NCBI GenBank assembly: GCA_965219575.1
Contig: OZ244779.1
Coordinates: forward strand, 2,188,769-2,252,768
DNA length: 64,000 nucleotides
Reading direction: 5' to 3'
Source: Candidatus Oxydemutatoraceae bacterium
GTDB lineage: Bacteria; Pseudomonadota; Gammaproteobacteria; Poriferisulfidales; Oxydemutatoraceae
The notes beneath the pieces are model-generated. The model was not told where the DNA came from. It saw only the letters and a list, made by a program, of their open reading frames with translations, and did not search any database. How positions within the stretch are numbered: position 1 is the stretch's first letter; every line of letters starts with the position of its first letter. Of this stretch, positions 52,800 to 62,586 are shown piece by piece. A program made the position numbers and the translations under genes.

Positions 52800-55700
52800 C
52801 TATGAATTGTGTAATGTTCTACGACGACGACTAGCTGTCCCGATTAGTAGCAGTACCAATGCCCCTACCAGAAGCAGCGCATCGCTAGTGCCGATAGCAC
52901 CACCGCCACCTCCTCGGGTTCGCATACTAGTAAACATATAATCAGACCTTCTTGCAAAACCATACCAACCAGGAGAGGAAGTTCTTAGAACTTCTCCCGG
53001 AGAGGATAACATTGGGTTGTCTGATATGCCAATCGGGTCAATTATTATACCGTCCTGACCACTTGCATCGTAGATACTATCATCGGCGATAACCAGCATA
53101 ATACAATTATCTGCACTCGCCTCAAAGCCCATACCGTCATTCCCAGCAGGTTGATGATTATTTATATAGAATTGTAAATCCGTTGGGCATGCCTGATCAA
53201 TCTCTGTACGTTTTATTGCGTACCAAGTATTACCTGCCGCAGAATCTCCTACGGAGCGATCGTCTCTACTACCATATTTGGCGATATATAAGGTTGGACC
53301 TATGTCCATTATATCATCTGTCGTTATTGGGAATGTCACATAGACCACACCTCCGGTTATCTCAATTTGGTCATTATCGTCAGTTTCAAAGCCATACTCT
53401 ACATTAGAAACTCCGAATGTTGCAAATGATCGTATACCTGCTTCTTCACTTCCTGTAATTTCGGTAAGCCTAAGTACCCTTTCTCTGCTTTCACCGATAG
53501 CTATATTGGCTGCTGAATAATCAATCACACTTCTGCCACCTTCATTATCTGCATTTATAAGTCCTATATGGGTAAAAAATACCGGTAGTGGGGCTTGCTC
53601 ATTACCAGCATGAGCTCTTAAAACGTCTACATTTCGTGGTCCGCGTCCAGTATCAACGGGTAATGTTGTTTCAGTGAAGTTATCTCTAGTAAATAATGAA
53701 TCACTAGCATCCACTATATTATAGGTATTTGGCTCCGTAGGTGATACCAGATAAATTGCTCGAATGTTCGATATATTACCAATTTCGCTCCAGCCAGCAG
53801 TGATTGTGCCGGTAGTCGCTTCACTATTTACCATTATTTCTATAGCTTCTTGATGCTCTCCTGTAAAACTTAGACTGCTTGTTCTCATAGTCAATTGAGT
53901 AGCCGAAGTTTCACTAATAGTATAGCCAGAAACCAGCATTGGATTAGCTACTATCCTATTTCGCGGTATTCCATTTTCTATATTCGTATCGTAATCGGCT
54001 ATCACATAGTAACTTCTACCTGCGATTACAGAACTCACTATCTTTGATTCATCAATATCGTATAGCACTATCTGGCGTATCCTTGTGATTTCCGGATCAT
54101 CCGAACCAGCCACTCTTACATCTATATTGTTATTAGGACCTATTGCATAGTTGAAACTTGAAAGATTACGTCCACCTTCCATTAGTGATATAGTGGCACT
54201 GGTTGGAACCCATATATTAGCTTCTTGTCCTGCTTGTAACCAGTGAACTATGGTTTCTCCCGGCATCGGACTATTAGGAGAGGCTATAGTGTATTGATTA
54301 TTAACTATTTCATTTTGAAATATCACCCTTTGAGGATCATCACTTTCTAGTACTGTCAGTGTCAGATCCGTTTGACCTCCGCTATTATTCGGGTTAGAAG
54401 ATCGAGTTCTCACCCTTACCATAGGATTCGCTGTTTCATCGCCAAGAAACGCTGAAATAAAGACAGTTGCAGTAGTGGCTTCCGCAAATATATATGATGA
54501 TTGTCCCGAGAAGTTTATTTCCGGCAATACACTCAAGTTATAACCAAAGTAACCTGATTCTGTGGTTATTTCTGTAGATGTTGTGGATACTTGCAGTATT
54601 TCGTCTACGACGGTTACCCAAATATATTCTTGATTAGAGCGAGGTGATTCGTTAGCAAAACTAAACACCCTATTATCTTGACAAAACTCATCTATTTTGA
54701 CTTTGTTCAAATTATATTCTAAAGCTTCATCTAATACCATCTCACATTCACCTTTAGAAGGCCCATATCTGAATATTTGAGTGTCATCATTGGTATTTAT
54801 GCCAAAATATTCATCCGAACTAATCCTTTCAAATGTCTGCTTGCCGGAAAAATCAGGGTCTACAAAAGTAAACTCTCCTTCTCCGATCAGGCTACGTATT
54901 ACCGTCTCCCGACTGAAATGTCCATCTCTTCGTGAAGGGGTAAATGCTCTGTCGGCTCCCCCGGTTGTCTCCGGATTCAGAGTAGCAACGGCTACATTAA
55001 ATGGCGAACTGTCGACTATATCCGGCACACCATCTTGATCCATATCCCTTCTTAGTTCCGCCATACATGTTGCCTCATTCCTTACACCGTCAGACGTAGT
55101 ATAAACAGCCGTAATGTCTCGATCTGATGTAATCTCTCCATCTGGATCATTATCTCCGAATATATCTACGGAAAAGTTTCGAGATATACTGGGGTTTTCT
55201 ATCTCCAAGCCGCCTATCGTCAGTGTACCCTCAAAGTCATTCTCGTCTAATTCAAAGTATAGCGTTCGCTGACCTATGTTCGGATAGAACGATGCACAGC
55301 TCAAAGACGACAGCGTTCTTTGAACTGAGGCAAAAAATGGATCATTCATACCTAAGTCTCGCAGTTGCCCTGGGACGATATTTAGCGTATAGCTCCTTAT
55401 ATCACTAACGCTTCGATCTCCAAGATCAACTGTATAGACAACCCTCACTTGCGTTGTGCCTGTACCTGTTAGTGGTGTCACGCTGGTTGGAGTTGTTATG
55501 GCATTTATACCCATTACATTAATATTGTAAGACGCTCTGTTAACTAGATTTGGAACAGGTTCATCGGACTCAACATCAAATGTTATAGTAAAAGAAGCTG
55601 CCTCCATATCATCTCTTGTGTCCCTTACATTGCTGATTTCTATCTCAGCACCAATTGCATCAGGTATCACTAATGCATCTCTCAGTTCGGTTTGGTAATC

Positions 55701-57254
55701 TTCTACCACTCTAAAGGTTTCACCAAAGACGGCATTACGCCTAAATTCTATGGACCGTCTTTCTCCACCTCTCTTAAATGGTGAATTTAATTCATTCGTA
55801 TCAGGTATATCTTCAAATGCAAATGTCAGTTGAGTCGATGTCGTGATTGCCACTTGAGTTGATGCCGTGATAGTAATAGGTATTGTAGGTAGCGGATCAT
55901 CGTCGTCTTCTTGCACTGGCACACATAATCCATTCTCTTCGGTTACACATAGATAATCATTAGCATTGCCAGCTGGTGGAACTCTAATCGGAATACGAAA
56001 AGATATAGTATGCTCATTCCTACTCCTACTAGACACAACGTTAGTGGCTGTAGGTGCTCCCGTATCGTGAAACAGCGATGCTACAAAATTACCGGGAGCC
56101 AATGTTTCACCTTCTGCGTCTCTAATCACACTTGATATGTTTGTATTCTCGCTTATTGTAATCGTAGTTTGGGTGGTAATTCTTAAAACATCAAATGGGT
56201 TTTGTCCTGGTACATTATTTTTTTTGCCATCCACCGCTTGAGTAAATTCAACATTAGCATAACGGCTTCCTGATGTATGAATCACATTGTCTATTATACT
56301 ATCATCGTTTACATCAAGGCTAAAATGGCCTTTTTGTAGTTCAGTAAGAATAGGTTTAGAAAATTTAAGCCGCACTCCTTTTCCATCCCCATATCTCGTA
56401 TAATCTTCAACCCAAGTTTTACCATCCAGTCTGAAGCCTTGATAATCATTATTCGCCAATGCTAGTGCTGTTCTAATATCTGCGGTTCTAGCACCAACCG
56501 GAAAATCACGAAATTCTGATGATGAAATAACAAACACCAACCCTGCATCATTATCTTTATTATCTTTTCCTGTTACTACTGGCTCTGGTGGAATCATACA
56601 GCTTAACGTTATGAGGTCCTGCCACCTATTAGTTATTTGGCTAAATCCACTGGCTGGAGCGGATGAAACACCACCAGTGATTTCATTGGCATTCGCCAAC
56701 TCTAAAATAAGTTCATCTGGAGGACCACCATTATCGAAAAAGGTGGCATAGTTATCAAAGCCCTCTGTTGTTTGCCCTGTAATAAGGTCACCACGGGTGA
56801 CACGGCATTGGGCTTCTGAATTAGGTGTTCCAGAATTGTATTGTCTTTGGACAACATTCAAAAACAAAGGTGGCGTATCTAAATTACTACCTAATGCAGA
56901 ATTATTGAATTGCAAATTAAAACGCGCAGTATTTAAATAGCGAACACTATCACCTGTTTTTTTGAATTGTATTGTAAACTGAAATCTATTGCCTTCGTCC
57001 GTAAGGGCTATGGAATTAGGCTCGGCTATGGAATTAGGCTTGAATCGCATAAGAAGTAATCCAGCCTCTGCTGGCTGGCATGCGGTAAAACCTGAACCCC
57101 CACATGAAACACCGTCTGTTTCCGTAAAACGGCTTTGAACATAACTTACTGTTTGAGCTTGAGTATTCAAACCATATAGCATCATGAATACAAATACTAT
57201 TATAGTAAAACTTTTTTTCATCATTACTCCTTGATTATTTGAAATTGATAGCAT
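52800..57254 (-). CDS. Large secreted surface protein with a putative N-terminal cohesin-like domain, Ig-like domains and a GlyGly-CTERM anchor
   Basis: Signal peptide (likely start 57224). N-terminal roughly 600 aa paralogous to the giant. DMDQDGVPD Ca-binding motif; choice-of-anchor-U-like segment CIMLVIADDSIYDASGQDGIIIDP; ends GGGGGAIG-TM-RRRR. Confidence 0.88.
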   Translation of the reverse strand: MLSISNNQGVMMKKSFTIIVFVFMMLYGLNTQAQTVSYVQSRFTETDGVSCGGSGFTACQPAEAGLLLMRFKPNSIAEPNSIALTDEGNRFQFTIQFKKTGDSVRYLNTARFNLQFNNSALGSNLDTPPLFLNVVQRQYNSGTPNSEAQCRVTRGDLITGQTTEGFDNYATFFDNGGPPDELILELANANEITGGVSSAPASGFSQITNRWQDLITLSCMIPPEPVVTGKDNKDNDAGLVFVISSSEFRDFPVGARTADIRTALALANNDYQGFRLDGKTWVEDYTRYGDGKGVRLKFSKPILTELQKGHFSLDVNDDSIIDNVIHTSGSRYANVEFTQAVDGKKNNVPGQNPFDVLRITTQTTITISENTNISSVIRDAEGETLAPGNFVASLFHDTGAPTATNVVSSRSRNEHTISFRIPIRVPPAGNANDYLCVTEENGLCVPVQEDDDDPLPTIPITITASTQVAITTSTQLTFAFEDIPDTNELNSPFKRGGERRSIEFRRNAVFGETFRVVEDYQTELRDALVIPDAIGAEIEISNVRDTRDDMEAASFTITFDVESDEPVPNLVNRASYNINVMGINAITTPTSVTPLTGTGTTQVRVVYTVDLGDRSVSDIRSYTLNIVPGQLRDLGMNDPFFASVQRTLSSLSCASFYPNIGQRTLYFELDENDFEGTLTIGGLEIENPSISRNFSVDIFGDNDPDGEITSDRDITAVYTTSDGVRNEATCMAELRRDMDQDGVPDIVDSSPFNVAVATLNPETTGGADRAFTPSRRDGHFSRETVIRSLIGEGEFTFVDPDFSGKQTFERISSDEYFGINTNDDTQIFRYGPSKGECEMVLDEALEYNLNKVKIDEFCQDNRVFSFANESPRSNQEYIWVTVVDEILQVSTTSTEITTESGYFGYNLSVLPEINFSGQSSYIFAEATTATVFISAFLGDETANPMVRVRTRSSNPNNSGGQTDLTLTVLESDDPQRVIFQNEIVNNQYTIASPNSPMPGETIVHWLQAGQEANIWVPTSATISLMEGGRNLSSFNYAIGPNNNIDVRVAGSDDPEITRIRQIVLYDIDESKIVSSVIAGRSYYVIADYDTNIENGIPRNRIVANPMLVSGYTISETSATQLTMRTSSLSFTGEHQEAIEIMVNSEATTGTITAGWSEIGNISNIRAIYLVSPTEPNTYNIVDASDSLFTRDNFTETTLPVDTGRGPRNVDVLRAHAGNEQAPLPVFFTHIGLINADNEGGRSVIDYSAANIAIGESRERVLRLTEITGSEEAGIRSFATFGVSNVEYGFETDDNDQIEITGGVVYVTFPITTDDIMDIGPTLYIAKYGSRDDRSVGDSAAGNTWYAIKRTEIDQACPTDLQFYINNHQPAGNDGMGFEASADNCIMLVIADDSIYDASGQDGIIIDPIGISDNPMLSSPGEVLRTSSPGWYGFARRSDYMFTSMRTRGGGGGAIGTSDALLLVGALVLLLIGTASRRRRTLHNS

Positions 57255-57287
57255 TATTCATAAAAAAACACAACAATTGTTTCCTAC

Positions 57288-58157
57288 TTACCTTAATATA
57301 GCAGTAGGTCTCTGACCTGAATTAGGCTGTATTTTAGAGAAAAATTCTGTGGCACCTTCTACCAAGCCATTTAAATTAGTATCACCACGACTATACCCCG
57401 GCTGATTGGGGAAAGGTTGAACTCCGTCAAAATAGTCTGCCGTGCTAACTAGACCGCCCAAACCGCTGGCGGCATCGCCAGACCGCATCACATGAATTGT
57501 CTCGCCACTAATAGTTAACTCTTTAGTTCCACCATCGAAAGTTCTGTCTCCTCTATCACTGAAGTCATATACATACTTGCCATCATTTTCTGATAGCATC
57601 TCATCTGAAATGATGTCTATATGATTTCTATGACGAATCGCCAAATATAATTGATCATCACCGATTAGATCATCAAAGCTAGCTTGATCAAAGACAACAT
57701 CAGGGCAATTACCCGTACCTGTGACAGCATCATCAGTATTGTCGTCGCCACTCACTGTTGAAGCAGTACAATTCCCTGTATATGCTTCTGCATCCACAAC
57801 GCGGCCGTTTTGTAACAGAAATGCAGGCTTACGGGCAATAACTGTTGTAGCATTATTAGCATCTCCGCTTGTTGCAGTCCGTAACTCAACCAACACCCAA
57901 TCTATCACTCCAGTTGGAATTTGCGACAGAGGATTCGCAGGAACACGAGTGCATAGCCTTGATCTATCTGCCGATGCCCCTTCATTTACACTACTAGTGT
58001 GGTAATTGCCATCGCAATATACATCTTGTAGTGGTATTGTAGAAGAGAAGCGAGCTGGAACATTCATTAGAACTTGAGCATTGCTCATGCTTGGTAGCAT
58101 TAAAACTACAACCAATAAGAAATATTGTTTAATAATTAACCTGATTCTATTTTTCAT
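57288..58157 (-). CDS. Secreted adaptor-like protein with dockerin-like C-terminus (adaptor 2), paralog of 28107-28997
   Basis: Signal peptide; IPTGVIDWVLVELR, KPAFLLQNGRVVDA, LYLAIRHRNHI, YVYDFS, GDTNLNGLVEG. Confidence 0.8.
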   Translation of the reverse strand: MKNRIRLIIKQYFLLVVVLMLPSMSNAQVLMNVPARFSSTIPLQDVYCDGNYHTSSVNEGASADRSRLCTRVPANPLSQIPTGVIDWVLVELRTATSGDANNATTVIARKPAFLLQNGRVVDAEAYTGNCTASTVSGDDNTDDAVTGTGNCPDVVFDQASFDDLIGDDQLYLAIRHRNHIDIISDEMLSENDGKYVYDFSDRGDRTFDGGTKELTISGETIHVMRSGDAASGLGGLVSTADYFDGVQPFPNQPGYSRGDTNLNGLVEGATEFFSKIQPNSGQRPTAILR

Positions 58158-58396
58158 TTTATACCTCTATATATGCTTTTAGATTAACATTATTATAACT
58201 ATGTAACCTTTTTCATATCGTTATTATATCCCTATTCATGCAATAATCAATATATAAAAATGGCTTTTTTATTACTATCAACGGCAATAATACCACTATG
58301 CTTCGGCACTGTCAATAAAAACACCATTTGTTACGGCAGGGCAAATGGTATCACGCTTATGCAAAATCTCGGCATAGTTTATACCTCGCATATCTC

Positions 58397-58807
58397 TTAT
58401 AACTCGGGAATGTCTGCATCCTGGATTGTTTCTCCGCCGGCATTCAACCATGCATTCAATCCGCCGTTGAGATAGCAGACATTATCAAAGCCCATTTGCT
58501 TGAGCCGCCATGCCGCCAATGCCGAGCGAGGTCCCTTTGCACAATATAGAACCAAGCGTTTGTTTTGGTCAAAGGCTTGGTTATAGTACGGGCTGTCGGG
58601 GTCTGCCATAAACTCAAGCATGCCTCTTGATGCACCCACTGCATTTTTTATCATTCCCGTACTTGTCCACTCGTTCGAATCGCGCACATCAATGAATTGT
58701 GCATCACCCTCTGCAACGATTTTTTTTGCATCGTCTATTTCCAACGCCACAACATTGTTCATAGCTTCTTCCAAAAAATCTTTGACGCTTTTTTGCAGTG
58801 TAGGCAT
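58397..58807 (-). CDS. Rhodanese-like domain protein
   Basis: IDVRD, RGMLEF, YCAKGPRSA, LNGGLNAW. Confidence 0.92.
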   Translation of the reverse strand: MPTLQKSVKDFLEEAMNNVVALEIDDAKKIVAEGDAQFIDVRDSNEWTSTGMIKNAVGASRGMLEFMADPDSPYYNQAFDQNKRLVLYCAKGPRSALAAWRLKQMGFDNVCYLNGGLNAWLNAGGETIQDADIPEL

Positions 58808-58930
58808 TTAACTATTCCTTAAAATTGGTAATTTAACTTAGGGTGTAAGTATATCATTTTTGAGGATGTTGTGTACGGTTGGTTTGCGTGAGTTGAATGG
58901 ATGAATATATTAATTGTGCGGACGTGTAAG

Positions 58931-59060
58931 GTTATTGAAAAAGTATTTTATGAAATTGTACACCAGTTAATTCATGGAAACCAAAACCATATGGCGCAAG
59001 CGGTTGAGTTTATGCAAACATGATACATGTTCGGGCGGACATGCAAGTCCGCCCCTACAA
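58931..59060. repeat. Degenerate, partial family A element
   Basis: gttattgaaaaagta left end, atggaaaccaaaaccatatggcgcaagcggttg module and a REP palindrome. Confidence 0.65.
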
Positions 59061-59080
59061 GGGAAGGAATGGTGGTGGTT

Positions 59081-60553
59081 CTATTCTAGGGTGACGGCGA
59101 TGACTTCGTCCAGGGTGGTCTCGCCTTTGAGGGCGTATTCGCAACCGATGATGCGGAGGTCTTTGTTGTTTTCATAGACATGGCGTTTCATTTCTATCTC
59201 GCTTGCGCCGTCGTGCACCATTTGTTTGAGCATATCGTCTATGGTGACCAAATCGAACAATCCGAAGCGACCGGTGTATCCGGTATGGTTGCATGCTTCG
59301 CAACCTTTAGGTCTGTAGACGGTTTTGCCTTCAAATAGTTCCGGGTTCAATCCCGAGAAACGAAGTTCTTCGGCATCGGGTGTATAGGGTTCTTTGCAAT
59401 GCGGGCACAGGCGGCGGACTAGGCGTTGTGCAAGTATGCCTTGCAGGGTGGCGGTGAGTAGAAACGGTTCCACACCCATATCACCCAAGCGGGTGACTGC
59501 GCCGATGGCGGTGTTGGTGTGTAGCGTCGACAACACAAGGTGTCCGGTCAGGCTTGCTTGGGTTGCGATGGTTGCGGTTTCGCTGTCTCTGATTTCCCCG
59601 ATTAGCACGACATCCGGGTCTTGTCTAAGAATTGCCCGCAGGCCGCGAGCGAAAGTCATATCGGCTTTGGTGTTGACTTGGGTCTGGCTAATTCCCTCAA
59701 AGTTGTATTCAATGGGGTCTTCTATGGTCATGATGTTGCGCTGGTGGCGATCGACTTCGGCGAGGGCTGCGTATAGGGTTGTGGTTTTCCCGGAACCCGT
59801 AGGTCCGGTGACCAGAACGATTCCGTGCGGTCGGTTGATTAAACTCTTGAAATAGGCTTTGAGGTCTTTCTCCATGCCGAGTTCGTCCAAGCCGATATGC
59901 TCGCTTTGTTTGTCCAATACACGCAAGACCACCCGTTCACCGTAGCTGGACGGCAATGTAGATACTCGCAGGTCGACATTACGCCCACCCAAGCGCACGG
60001 TGATGCGTCCGTCTTGTGGCAGGCGTTTTTCGGCAATGTCCAGACGCGCCAGCACTTTGATGCGCGAGACCAACAACGGCGCAAGTTTGGCCGATGAGGT
60101 CAGTATGGTTCGCAACACGCCGTTCAAGCGAAAGCGGATATGGAGTTCTCGCTCGTAGGGTTCTATATGTATATCGGAGGCTTTCTCGCGGATCGCCTCG
60201 AAGAAAATCGCATTGAGCATTTTGATTACCGGGGCATCGTCTTCGGTACTCAATAGGTCTTCGGGTTCTTCAAACGCTGCGGCAACTTCGTCCATGCCCA
60301 TCACGCTCTCCTGCACATCGTCCATAATGGACAGGCTACCGGATTGATTGGCATAGTTTTTTTGTAATTGTTGGTCAAACTCGCCGGTTTCTAAAATTCG
60401 TATAGAAAATTCGCGTTTGTATAGTCGGCGTGCTTCTTGTAGTGCTTGCGGTTGGGTATCGGCTCTGCAATAGAGTACGATTTCTTGGTCGCTCGTCGGA
60501 CCGACGAATATGCCGTGTCGTTGGGCAAATGAGAAAGGTAGTCGTGCGTCCAT
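59081..60553 (-). CDS. gspE: Type II secretion ATPase GspE
   Basis: RLPFSFAQR, ASDIHIEP, EKRLPQDGR, GPTGSGKTTTLY, LRQDPD; tetra-Cys motif. Confidence 0.93.
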   Translation of the reverse strand: MDARLPFSFAQRHGIFVGPTSDQEIVLYCRADTQPQALQEARRLYKREFSIRILETGEFDQQLQKNYANQSGSLSIMDDVQESVMGMDEVAAAFEEPEDLLSTEDDAPVIKMLNAIFFEAIREKASDIHIEPYERELHIRFRLNGVLRTILTSSAKLAPLLVSRIKVLARLDIAEKRLPQDGRITVRLGGRNVDLRVSTLPSSYGERVVLRVLDKQSEHIGLDELGMEKDLKAYFKSLINRPHGIVLVTGPTGSGKTTTLYAALAEVDRHQRNIMTIEDPIEYNFEGISQTQVNTKADMTFARGLRAILRQDPDVVLIGEIRDSETATIATQASLTGHLVLSTLHTNTAIGAVTRLGDMGVEPFLLTATLQGILAQRLVRRLCPHCKEPYTPDAEELRFSGLNPELFEGKTVYRPKGCEACNHTGYTGRFGLFDLVTIDDMLKQMVHDGASEIEMKRHVYENNKDLRIIGCEYALKGETTLDEVIAVTLE

Positions 60554-60566
60554 TTAATGTATCAAT

Positions 60567-60788
60567 TTACAGATATTTAATTATCCCTACGGCAATGCCT
60601 ACCACCACCACAATCAGCCATCGCATATACTTTAACTCCGTCTTTACCTCTGCAATAGCACTCTCTACCCTCACTATATCCATTTTAGTTGCCACATCCT
60701 TTGAATTTACAATATCGGTTACAACCTCCTTAGCCTCGTCATCGGATAAGTCGGGTATTTTCTTTAGTGCCTCATACAGGGCTATCAT
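60567..60788 (-). CDS. Small coiled-coil protein with C-terminal TM (DUF1640/CCDC90-like)
   Basis: LYEAL...EAKEVV...VATKMDI...ELKYMRW plus a hydrophobic tail; GAGGA RBS. Confidence 0.7.
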   Translation of the reverse strand: MIALYEALKKIPDLSDDEAKEVVTDIVNSKDVATKMDIVRVESAIAEVKTELKYMRWLIVVVVGIAVGIIKYL

Positions 60789-60972
60789 AATAGTTCCTCA
60801 ATTAGTTATAATATGTCATCAGATTATAGCGTAGGTTGAAGCAATTTAGCATCCTCTGCCATAAATTATTAAAATTATTTTGTGCGACCGAAGCATGGAA
60901 ACCACCTCGTCAGGCGAAGCCTGCTACCCCTCCACAGGAAGGGAACAATTTGGTTTCTACAGGTGGTCTCTG

Positions 60973-61208
60973 CTATAGATACTGTATCGCTAAAGTAGCG
61001 ATTGCGTTTAGTAAACCAACACCGGCTATTATTATCCCGGTAACTACATACAACTGCTTAAATATCTCTGCTTTGAAGTTTGCCAAATCGGTCTTAGTTG
61101 CCACTTCCTTTGAACTTGCAATATCAGTAACTGCTTCCTTTGCTTTTTGAGGAGGTAACACTATCTATCTATCTTTCTTAATGTTTCATATAAGGCAATT
61201 TCTGACAT
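60973..61208 (-). pseudogene. Frameshifted paralog of the small coiled-coil/TM protein
   Basis: AAGGAG RBS, then MSEIALYETLRKIDR* stops inside an (ATAG)3 run. Homology resumes in another frame (KAKEAVTDIASSKEVATKTDL). Confidence 0.75.
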
Positions 61209-61322
61209 TGTTTAGTACTCCTTAATTAAAAATTCTATTATCTCATAACTTCAAGTATTCCTTGTTTTTTCTTTAGACTTTTTTCAATAGCGCACGGTGG
61301 TTGGGTTTGTGCAGACACTTGA

Positions 61323-61468
61323 GACTGTTGAAAAAGTGCCGTTCTGCACGAACTCAACCGCTTGCGCCAAATGGTTTTGGTTTCATGAATTGGATGGCGT
61401 ACGATTTTATTTGTGCTAACACGGCGCAAGCGGTTGAAATTGTCCGGAAATAGTACTTCCCAACAGCC
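61323..61468. mobile_element. Minimal family A element (146 bp)
   Basis: gactgttgaaaaagt...acttcccaacagcc with internal caaccgcttgcgcc / ggcgcaagcggttg inverted repeats. Confidence 0.72.
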
Positions 61469-61510
61469 TCTTGTGCCGACACAATGCATAAGGACAGCTA
61501 CTTCGCAGTG

Positions 61511-62464
61511 TTATCCGAGCCGTTTAATCTCCTCAGCGGATAAACCCGTCACTTCGGAAATTGCCAAAACCTTATAGCCCTTTTGCAACATATTCAAGGC
61601 GATATTTCGAGCTTTTTTAACCTCACCTTTTTCAATGCCTTGTTCAATGCCCTGTTCAATGCCTTCCTCTATCAGTCCTTCCCTTTCCAAGTTGTATTCC
61701 AGCTTGTATCTGTCGTGGGCTATAGAATCCCACAGTTCTATCTCCTCTTCCGATACTTTCTCTAAATGCTCTAATGCCATCTTTATCTCTCCGTCTTGTG
61801 ATAAATGCGCTACCTGCTCGGGTGTCAAGTCCTTTGCGTGTTTCATAATATAGCACCACCTATCGGCCATATCAACTAGCTCTAAGTGGCTCTTGTTAAA
61901 TTTGTTTAGTTCCACTATCATTATCGTTAAATCCATCTTGAGTTTCTTATTCAGATGCTTAATCGATTTGATTTCTAGTTGGTCTATATGTTCGTCTGTG
62001 TCGCCAAATACCGTGAAGTCGGTGAATGCCAGCAAGTAGGTCGGACTAATCTTGCTATACTTTTGTCCACGGTTTACGACATGGGTATGCAACTGTGCCC
62101 AATAGAGCAACATTCTACCCAGAAAGTGTTTCTCACGATAGACCTGCATTTCTATGCTAACATTCTCGCCACTATTCAATTTGACATTGAGGTCTAGTAC
62201 GACTTGCTTGCCGTCCGGCGTGTTCGGTGGGATGACGCTGTCTTCCAGATGCAACTTATCGTCCGATTGACTCTGTGGTTGCTTTGCAGACTCGGACTCT
62301 GTGTTGTTTTTTCCAGGGTTCAGTATCACCATATCCGAGGCATTATCGGAGATCGGCAGGAAGCTCTTGATCAGCGAGAGCAGTACTTGTTTATTAGTTG
62401 AGAAGTATCTTTTGAAGACGCGGTCTTTAGTCAGTGGTAAATATTTTCTCTGTTCTTTGTTCAT
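61511..62464 (-). CDS. Rpn-family / PD-(D/E)XK nuclease-like protein
   Basis: DRVFKRYF, LD..V......IEMQ, RMLLYW, VELNKF; EEGIEQGIEQGIEKG repeats; IALNML..G..I..VTGLS tail. Confidence 0.9.
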   Translation of the reverse strand: MNKEQRKYLPLTKDRVFKRYFSTNKQVLLSLIKSFLPISDNASDMVILNPGKNNTESESAKQPQSQSDDKLHLEDSVIPPNTPDGKQVVLDLNVKLNSGENVSIEMQVYREKHFLGRMLLYWAQLHTHVVNRGQKYSKISPTYLLAFTDFTVFGDTDEHIDQLEIKSIKHLNKKLKMDLTIMIVELNKFNKSHLELVDMADRWCYIMKHAKDLTPEQVAHLSQDGEIKMALEHLEKVSEEEIELWDSIAHDRYKLEYNLEREGLIEEGIEQGIEQGIEKGEVKKARNIALNMLQKGYKVLAISEVTGLSAEEIKRLG

Positions 62465-62586
62465 GAAACCTCCTATAAGTTTTGGTTAAAACTCATAGGG
62501 TGAACGAATATTTAGGGTGTGGGGAGACATTCCGATGAACGGTAGCAGATATTAGATAAACGGTAAGATGTTGTGCAGATACACGG

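Noticed and set aside
57005-57040. 18-bp tandem duplication (PNSIA twice) in the 1484-aa gene
   Set aside because: It is in frame with only two copies, most likely a neutral loop duplication.
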